Below the pieces are notes generated by a model. It saw only the letters and a list, made by a program, of their open reading frames with translations, was not told the DNA's origin and searched no databases. Below, one piece after another: positions 57,843 through 64,000 of a stretch of DNA of 64,000 nucleotides. Each line of letters opens with the position of its first letter. The first letter of the stretch is position 1. The translations under genes and the position numbers were made by a program. The DNA comes from an uncultured Deferribacteres bacterium (GTDB lineage Bacteria > Zhuqueibacterota > Zhuqueibacteria > Zhuqueibacterales > Geothermadaptataceae), in assembly GCA_964014485.1 (NCBI GenBank), contig CAXHAT010000009.1, positions 9,974 through 73,973 on the forward strand, read 5' to 3'.

Positions 57843-58790
57843 GTGGCTACGTATCTGGTTACCGGCGGCGCCGGGTTTATTGGTTCAAACATCGTTAAAG
57901 CATTAAGCGGCAGAGGCGAAAAAGTCCGCGTAATCGATAATTTATCCACCGGCAAGGTTGAAAACCTGGACTGGGCTGACGGCGATGTTGATTTTATGAA
58001 AGGCGATATTTGCGATCTGCAAACTGTGGAAAAAGCAATGCAAGACGTCGATTTTGTTATCCATCTTGCCGCGCTCCCTTCCGTCCCTCGTTCCATCGCC
58101 GATCCAATCGCTTCCAATCGCGTCAACGTTGAGGGCACGCTTAACGTGCTGGTCGCAGCGCGTGACGCAAAAGTGCGGAAGTACGTCATGGCTTCCAGCT
58201 CTTCCGTCTATGGCGATACGCCGACGCTGCCGAAATCTGAAGACATGACCGCCTCTCCCCAATCTCCTTACGCCATTTCAAAATTCGCGGGCGAACGTTA
58301 CGCCATGAATTTCCAAAAAATCTACGGCTTGCCGACAATTGCCCTGCGATATTTTAACGTGTTCGGGCCGCAGCAAGACCCGAACTCGCAATATTCGGCG
58401 GTCATTCCCAAGTTCATCAAGGCCATGCTGCACGGTGAAGCGCCGACCATTCACGGCGACGGCGAACAATCTCGCGATTTTACCTACATCGAGAATGTGA
58501 TTGAAGCGAATATTTTGGCCTGTAATTCCGAAGCCGCCGGCGAGTTTATGAACGCAGCATGCGGCGATAGATTTACGCTGAACGAATTGGTTCAAAAACT
58601 GGAAAATATTCTTGGCAAATCAGCGAACGCCGTTTATCAGGAAACGCGCACGGGAGACGTTAAACATTCTCAAGCCGCCATTGAAAAAGCTAAAAACTTG
58701 ATCGGCTTTGAACCTGTCGTCACGTTTGACGAAGGGCTGCAAAAGACGGTCGATTGGTACCAGCGGCTAGAATTGGCGGCGGCGGCTTAA
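57843..58790 (+). CDS. NAD-dependent nucleotide-sugar epimerase (extended SDR, WbpP-like)
   Basis: TGGAGFIG, SSSVYG, YAISK and RYFNVFGP.Q motifs. GAGGAGG RBS before GTG 57843. Confidence 0.92.
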   Translation: MATYLVTGGAGFIGSNIVKALSGRGEKVRVIDNLSTGKVENLDWADGDVDFMKGDICDLQTVEKAMQDVDFVIHLAALPSVPRSIADPIASNRVNVEGTLNVLVAARDAKVRKYVMASSSSVYGDTPTLPKSEDMTASPQSPYAISKFAGERYAMNFQKIYGLPTIALRYFNVFGPQQDPNSQYSAVIPKFIKAMLHGEAPTIHGDGEQSRDFTYIENVIEANILACNSEAAGEFMNAACGDRFTLNELVQKLENILGKSANAVYQETRTGDVKHSQAAIEKAKNLIGFEPVVTFDEGLQKTVDWYQRLELAAAA

Positions 58791-58975
58791 TTTGCGGCTG
58801 TTTTGGTCGCTCCGGCACACTCTGAATTTTCATCTGAAATAATCCGAATTTGCGCAAGGGAAGCCGTTCGGGGATAGTTTAAAGAAGCGCCTGAAGCGAA
58901 AAATGAGCACGACGCGCTCAAGCTTCGGCCCAAATTACGACTCTGTTTAAAATACACGCATCTGGCAGGACATCT

Positions 58976-59911
58976 ATGAGTATTTTAAACGCGCTGTCTG
59001 TTGACGTAGAGGATTGGTTTCACGTTTCGCTGTTTCGCCGCCATGTCAAGCGCTCCCATTGGGACGATCTTGAAAGCACCGTAGCGCCAAACGTGTGCCG
59101 TATTCTAAATCTCTTCGCAAAATACGACGTACGCGCGACATTCTTCATTCTTGGCTGGGTCGCCGAGAGATACCCTGAAATTGTGCTTGCGATCAAAGAG
59201 CAAGGCCACGAAATCGCCTCGCACGGCTATGGTCATCAGGTCGTTTTCGAGCAAACGCCGACCGAGTTTTACGACGACGTTAAAAGGTCGATCGAAATTC
59301 TCGAAAATATTGGCGGAGCTCCGGTAAAAGGCTATCGTGCGCCGAGTTATTCCATCACGCGCGCTTCTCTGTGGGCGTGGGAGAAATTGGTCAAGCTTGG
59401 CATAACTTACGATTCCAGCGTATTCCCCATCAAACACGATCTTTACGGCGTCGCGGACGCGCCGCGTTTCCCCTTCAAAGTGACAGTAGCCGGAGAAGGC
59501 GAGCTGACCGAATTTCCTATCACCACGGTCAAATACTTCGGTAGAAATATTCCGATGGCCGGCGGCGGTTATTTGCGGCTCTACCCGTTCTGGTTTTTCA
59601 AACGGAGCATTCAAAAGCTCAATAACGAAGGAAAACCGGCCGTCATCTACTTTCACCCTTGGGAAGTCGATCCCCAAATTCCCCGAATTAACGTCGGAAA
59701 ACTCAAGCATTTGCGGCACTACGGCAATTTGGCGCTGATGGAAGACCGCATCGTCGGATTGTTGGAATCCTTTCGTTTCGGTACGGTTCAGGAAGTATTG
59801 GCGCAAGAGCAGATCACGAAACAATGGCCCGAAACCACAGGCCCGAAAAACGCGCCGTTGAACGGTTACGCCCATTACGATGCAGAAAGTGAGATCGCGA
59901 CGGCTGTGTGA
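58976..59911 (+). CDS. Polysaccharide deacetylase, XrtA/PEP-CTERM-associated type (DUF3473)
   Basis: NALSVDVEDWF, HEIASHGYGH, GYRAPS, GGGYLR and YFHPWE.D motifs. Confidence 0.9.
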   Translation: MSILNALSVDVEDWFHVSLFRRHVKRSHWDDLESTVAPNVCRILNLFAKYDVRATFFILGWVAERYPEIVLAIKEQGHEIASHGYGHQVVFEQTPTEFYDDVKRSIEILENIGGAPVKGYRAPSYSITRASLWAWEKLVKLGITYDSSVFPIKHDLYGVADAPRFPFKVTVAGEGELTEFPITTVKYFGRNIPMAGGGYLRLYPFWFFKRSIQKLNNEGKPAVIYFHPWEVDPQIPRINVGKLKHLRHYGNLALMEDRIVGLLESFRFGTVQEVLAQEQITKQWPETTGPKNAPLNGYAHYDAESEIATAV

Positions 59912-59965
59912 TTGCGACGTTACTTCCGCCCCGAATTGACTAAAATCGCCCAAAACGATGAACAG

Positions 59966-60101
59966 GTCATCGACCGTCATTTCGCTGCGCCGCCATTTGG
60001 CTTCGCCGTCATTTTTTGTCAATGTATTCGCGAAATGACCAATGACGCAAAGCATATGACAACAAATGACGCCGCGGGTCAATGACCGCGAAGCAAATGA
60101 C
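59966..60101. repeat. Cluster of GTCAT / ATGAC short repeats in opposing orientation
   Basis: GTCAT at 59966, 59976 and 60008. (A/T)ATGAC at 60034, 60041, 60055, 60065, 60081 and 60096. Confidence 0.6.
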
Positions 60102-60177
60102 AAAACACACTTGTTTGCGCTCAAAATAAAGATTTTTTATCGGCTCAACCGAAAGTAAAGAAGTAAATTTAAAAGTA

Positions 60178-61203
60178 ATGGTTATCGATTGTCTTAACGG
60201 CGGCTCGCCCGCCTGCGACGCCTACGTCGACGAGCATCCTCAGGGGATGATTTATCACAAATCCGGAATTCAGGAAGTTATCAAACGCGCGCTGGGGCAC
60301 GACAGCCTCTATCTTTGCGCCCGCTCAAAAGGCAAAATCAAAGGCGTACTGCCGCTGATTCACATGCACAGCGTCGTCTTCGGAAATTTTCTTATTTCGG
60401 TGCCGTTTTTCAATTACGGCGGCGTTTGCGCCGATGACGAAGCAACGGAAAAAGCGCTTCTCGAACAAGCCGTCGCTCGCGCAAAAAAGCTCGGCTCCGC
60501 GCACATCGAACTGCGTCACTCCCGCTCGGTTTTCCCGGAATTACAGCAAAAAACCCACAAGGTCGCGATGATTCTCGACCTGCCAGAGAACGCCGATGAT
60601 TTGATGGCAAGCTTCAAATCCAAACTGCGCAGCCAAATTCGCAGACCGACCAAAGAAGGCGTATATACCAAGATCGGAAAACTCGATTTGCTCGACGATT
60701 TCTACGACGTTTTCTCCGTCAACATGCGCGACCTCGGCACGCCGGTTTACGGCAAGCGTTTCTTTCGCCACATGTTGACGACTTTTCCGTCGCGCACCTG
60801 GATCGTCGCGGCTTACAAAGACGAACAGCCGATTGCCGCCGGTTTTTTGTTGGGCTACAAGGAAACCGTCGAAATTCCCTGGGCCTCGAGCCTGCGTGAA
60901 TTCAACCGGCTCTCGGCCAACATGCTGATGTATTTCGATTCGTTGAAATTGGCTGTCGAACAGGGCTACAAAAAATTCGATTTTGGTCGCAGCACGCCGG
61001 ACGAAGGCACTTACAAATTCAAAGCGCAGTGGGGCTCGCAGCCTCTGCCGCTTTTTTGGGAATATTGGCTGCCTTCCGGCGCGACCATGCCAGACCTCAG
61101 CCCGACCAACGGAAAGTATGGCAAGGCCATCGAAATGTGGCAAAAACTCCCGATCCCGGTCACCAAAATCCTAGGCCCGAGGATCGTGAAGAATATCCCG
61201 TAA
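60178..61203 (+). CDS. FemAB-family GNAT protein, XrtA/PEP-CTERM-associated type
   Basis: S.PF.NYGG, NMRDLGTPV, FDFGRS..GT.KFK.QWG and W.KLP motifs. Confidence 0.9.
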   Translation: MVIDCLNGGSPACDAYVDEHPQGMIYHKSGIQEVIKRALGHDSLYLCARSKGKIKGVLPLIHMHSVVFGNFLISVPFFNYGGVCADDEATEKALLEQAVARAKKLGSAHIELRHSRSVFPELQQKTHKVAMILDLPENADDLMASFKSKLRSQIRRPTKEGVYTKIGKLDLLDDFYDVFSVNMRDLGTPVYGKRFFRHMLTTFPSRTWIVAAYKDEQPIAAGFLLGYKETVEIPWASSLREFNRLSANMLMYFDSLKLAVEQGYKKFDFGRSTPDEGTYKFKAQWGSQPLPLFWEYWLPSGATMPDLSPTNGKYGKAIEMWQKLPIPVTKILGPRIVKNIP

Positions 61204-61213
61204 TGAAAAAAAT

Positions 61214-61439
61214 CACGCGAAGCGTGCGGAATTCCCCTCCGGGGAGGGGACGATCGCGGCGACCGGCGAAGCCGTTGAGTCGCGGTCCGGGGTGGGTTCG
61301 CGCGACGCTCAGACTCAATAATTTTTGAAAACGTCGACCCGGCGTGAAACCCACCCCGGATGTTCACAAAGCCGCGCCGAGCGCACTTTGCGAACATCGT
61401 CCCCTCCCTAAAGGGGATTTCGGACGCGCGTTGCGCGCG
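61214..61439. repeat. CCCCTC/GAGGGG-type palindromic element
   Basis: TTCCCCTCCGGGGAGGGG...CCGGGGTGGGTT / AACCCACCCCGG...CCCCTCCCTAAAGGGGA nested inverted repeats. Confidence 0.65.
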
Positions 61440-61478
61440 GAATTGCCCATCCGGCAAGGGTTGGATTTTTGCTCGTTT

Positions 61479-61509
61479 GCTCGTTACCAAGTTTCACTTG
61501 GTAACGAGC
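61479..61509. repeat. Perfect 13-bp stem REP-like hairpin
   Basis: GCTCGTTACCAAG-TTTCA-CTTGGTAACGAGC. Confidence 0.7.
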
Positions 61510-61539
61510 CGAAAAAAGCGAATCGGCGAGTTCAAAAGA

Positions 61540-61736
61540 CCCCAAAGGGGTCGAATATGATAGCGAAGGGCAACGCCCTGGAAACAATGAGCGCCGCTGT
61601 CTTTTTCAAGCCCTGTAAGGGCGAGATAAATTCAAACGACGCAAAATATTACGCCCTTTCAGGGCTTGATAAAATGGTGTTGGGTTTCGCCTTTCCAGGG
61701 CGTTGTCCTTCGCTATTACATTCCGCCCCTTTGGGG
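61540..61736. repeat. Multi-hairpin IS200/REP-like palindromic element
   Basis: Nested pairs CCCCAAAGGGG / CCCCTTTGGGG, TAGCGAAGGGCAACGCCCTGG / CCAGGGCGTTGTCCTTCGCTA and AGCCCTGTAAGGGCG / CGCCCTTTCAGGGCT. Confidence 0.72.
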
Positions 61737-61790
61737 CTGGTTTTACCGCTCGGAACAAGAAAACACAACTCGGAATTACACCAAAGCATC

Positions 61791-62957
61791 ATGGAATTTC
61801 TTTTCCTCCTCAGCGCATTTCTGATCGTCTACGTCTACGCCGGCTACCCCGTGTTGCTCATGCTGCTCAAAAAAATGGGCTGGGCGAGACCGCGCATTCA
61901 GGACGAAGTCGAGCCGGAAGTCACGCTTTTCATTTCAGCGTTTAACGAAGAAGACGTCATCGCCGAAAAAATCGAGAACTCCCTCGCCCTCGACTATCCC
62001 AAAGAAAAACTCGAAATTCTCGTCATCTCCGACCGTTCCGACGACAAAACGGACGAGATTGTCGAAAGCTACGCGGACAAAGGCGTGAAACTGCTCGCCA
62101 TGCCGGAGCGCGGCGGCAAAACCGTCGGACTGAATGCCGGAATCGAGCAGGCGAAGGGCGAAATCATCATTTTCTCTGACGCCAACGCCATGTACGACGC
62201 GCAGGTTGTTCGCAACTTCGTGCGCAATTTCGCTGACGAATCCATCGGCGTGGTTACCGGCGAATCGCAGTACGTCATCGATGACGGCGACACGGCAACG
62301 GAAAGCGAAAACGCCTACTGGCGCTACGAATTGGCGGTCAAGCGCATCGAAAGCGACCTCGGCTCCCTCGTTGGCGGCGACGGCGCGATTTACGCGATTC
62401 GTAAAAGTCTTTACCGCGAACTCGCTCCCTCCGATCTTTCGGATTTCGTCAATCCGCTCCAAATCGTCGCGCAGGGCTATCGCAACGTCTACGAACCCGC
62501 TGCATTTTCCGTTGAAAAGGGCGGCGAGAGTTTTGACAAAGAGTACAAGCGCAAGGTGCGCATCGTCAATCGCGCCTGGCGCGGCATGATGGGCTTGCGT
62601 CAACTGCTCAACCCGTTTTCCTACGGTTTGTTCGCCATACAAACGCTCTCGCACAAACTTTTGCGCTGGCTCGTTCCGGCGTTCATGATCATCGCCTTCA
62701 TCGCCAACCATTACATCGCCGACCAGGGCGGTTTTTATCGCCTGACCTACATCATCCAATTCGGATTTTACCTGCTGGCGGGAATTGGCTGGCTGAAGCG
62801 GGATAACGAAGACCTGTCGCGCATTTTCTACATTCCCTACTATTTTTGCCTGATCAATTTCGCCTGCCTGCAAGGCATCATCGAAAATTACATGGGCAAA
62901 ACCTACACGGTCTGGAGCACGGTTCGCGAAAAACCGGCGCACGAGGGCGCGGCATGA
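61791..62957 (+). CDS. Glycosyltransferase family 2 (membrane-bound)
   Basis: YVYAGYP, AFNEE, SD.SDD.T, FSDAN, GAIYAIR and SHKLLRW motifs. Probable start at MEFLFLL (61791); the ORF-track extension runs through repeats. Confidence 0.92.
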   Translation: MEFLFLLSAFLIVYVYAGYPVLLMLLKKMGWARPRIQDEVEPEVTLFISAFNEEDVIAEKIENSLALDYPKEKLEILVISDRSDDKTDEIVESYADKGVKLLAMPERGGKTVGLNAGIEQAKGEIIIFSDANAMYDAQVVRNFVRNFADESIGVVTGESQYVIDDGDTATESENAYWRYELAVKRIESDLGSLVGGDGAIYAIRKSLYRELAPSDLSDFVNPLQIVAQGYRNVYEPAAFSVEKGGESFDKEYKRKVRIVNRAWRGMMGLRQLLNPFSYGLFAIQTLSHKLLRWLVPAFMIIAFIANHYIADQGGFYRLTYIIQFGFYLLAGIGWLKRDNEDLSRIFYIPYYFCLINFACLQGIIENYMGKTYTVWSTVREKPAHEGAA

Positions 62958-63955
62958 GCGTCAAAAAAATCAAGATGGCCGTCACCGGCGCGCTGAAAAC
63001 CGTCATGTTTCACACCGGCGTTTTCGGGATCATTCGCCGCGTCAAGCCTAATTCCAAAGCGGCGATTTTGCGCTACCACGCCATTGTCGATCAATCGGAA
63101 AACACCTACGCGCACCCGACGATTTGCCTGTCGGAAAAGCAGTTTGAAAAACACGTGCGCTACTTCGCCCAGCGCTACAAAATCATGAGTCTCGACGAAA
63201 TCGTCGAGCATCTCATCGAAAAAAAGCCGCTGCCGGCCAACGCCGTCGCCTTCACTTTCGACGACGGCTACACTGACAACTTACGCGCGACCCGTATTCT
63301 GAAAAAATACGGTTGCTCCGGCACATTTTACCTGACCGCCGCTTGTATTGATCGACAAGAGCCGTTCTGGCTTTCCGAGGTCATTTATCTGGTTTTAAAA
63401 ACCAACAAAAAGCGCATCGCGATCAGCGAAGCCGGGCAGGATTTGAAGCTCACGTTGGGCAAGCGCGACCAGCGCTGGTCGTCAGTCAGTAAAATCGTTG
63501 CGCTGATCAAGGGCAACAATCGCGAAGTGCGCGAAAGCGTGCGTAAGCAATTGCGCGAGCAGACGGACGACGTATCAGCCGCGAATTTGAACGAGCGCGT
63601 CATGCTCACCTGGCGGCAAGTCAAGGAAATGATCGCCGACGGCATGATCATGGGCGGCCACACGATGACGCACTTGAATCTGCCCAACGCAGGCGAGTCC
63701 GACGCCAACCTTGAAATCACTGAATGTAAAAAACTGCTCGAGGCCAAGCTGGGGCGGGAAATCCGACATTTCTCTTACCCAAACAGCGGCCCGTACGAGT
63801 ACTATACCCAGGAAGTCCGCGACCTTGTTGAAGCAAGCGGCTACCAGTCGTCCACGACGAGTTATTACGGCTTCGTCGAGCCGGGCGACGACCTGTTTTC
63901 CCTGCGCCGCGTGCGCACCGTCCCCTCCCTCGTCGAAACCGTCGCGGGGATGGAA
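62954..63955 (+). CDS. Polysaccharide deacetylase (CE4/NodB), 3'-truncated
   Basis: ATGA overlap. Translation MSVKKIKM...ILRYH...FTFDDGY...GHTMTH...FSYPN runs into the adapter, so it is absent from the ORF track. Confidence 0.88.
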
Positions 63956-64000
63956 CTGTCTCTTATACACATCTCCGAGCCCACGAGACTCCATTGCAGC
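63956..64000 (+). other. Nextera/Tn5 adapter read-through (artefact)
   Basis: Exact CTGTCTCTTATACACATCTCCGAGCCCACGAGAC at 63956-63989, followed by index-like bases. Confidence 0.97.

Noticed and set aside
59105..60124. 339-aa minus-strand ORF (likewise 47923-48735 and 61935-62942)
   Set aside because: Antisense shadows of well-supported EPS genes.
61344..61790. 149-aa N-terminal extension of the GT2 ORF
   Set aside because: It is translated palindromic repeat DNA. The family-typical N-terminus starts at 61791.
63575..63994. Minus-strand ORF starting MESRGLGDVYKRQ, or a Tn5 insertion
   Set aside because: It derives from the sequencing adapter. There is no transposase or second mosaic end.

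Overview
A 64-kb bacterial window of about 50% GC. Its gene content resembles KSB1/Calditrichota-type metagenomic contigs, but this taxonomy is an inference only. From left to right: a tandem array of at least four MacB/FtsX-type ABC permeases; hydrolase and dehydrogenase genes; a minus-strand run (amidohydrolase, ASPIC/UnbV FG-GAP protein, LuxC-like acyl-CoA reductase, degenerate PhyH dioxygenase, GH127); a CocE-like protein lacking its catalytic Ser; peroxiredoxin-like and TrmB-like genes; a four-gene cluster around an MsrQ-like ferric reductase-Rieske fusion; a putative aminolipid operon (OlsB-like, OlsA-like, DinB, and an alpha/beta-hydrolase-DedA-ATP-grasp triple fusion); deaD; an MFP plus ABC ATPase; aconitase X subunits plus a UDG; lysA; and, from about 47.9 kb to the end, an exopolysaccharide locus with PEP-CTERM/XrtA-associated genes and an unusual STAS-HTH plus TPR insert between the two halves of Wzc. 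Intergenic regions hold many short non-autonomous elements in which REP-like palindromic cores sit inside different terminal-inverted-repeat shells. I saw no rRNA, tRNA, CRISPR array or transposase gene. The last 45 nt are Nextera adapter contamination. The best candidates for undescribed systems are the aminolipid/ATP-grasp operon, the MsrQ-Rieske cluster, the STAS/TPR module in the EPS locus and the nested MITE/REP families.
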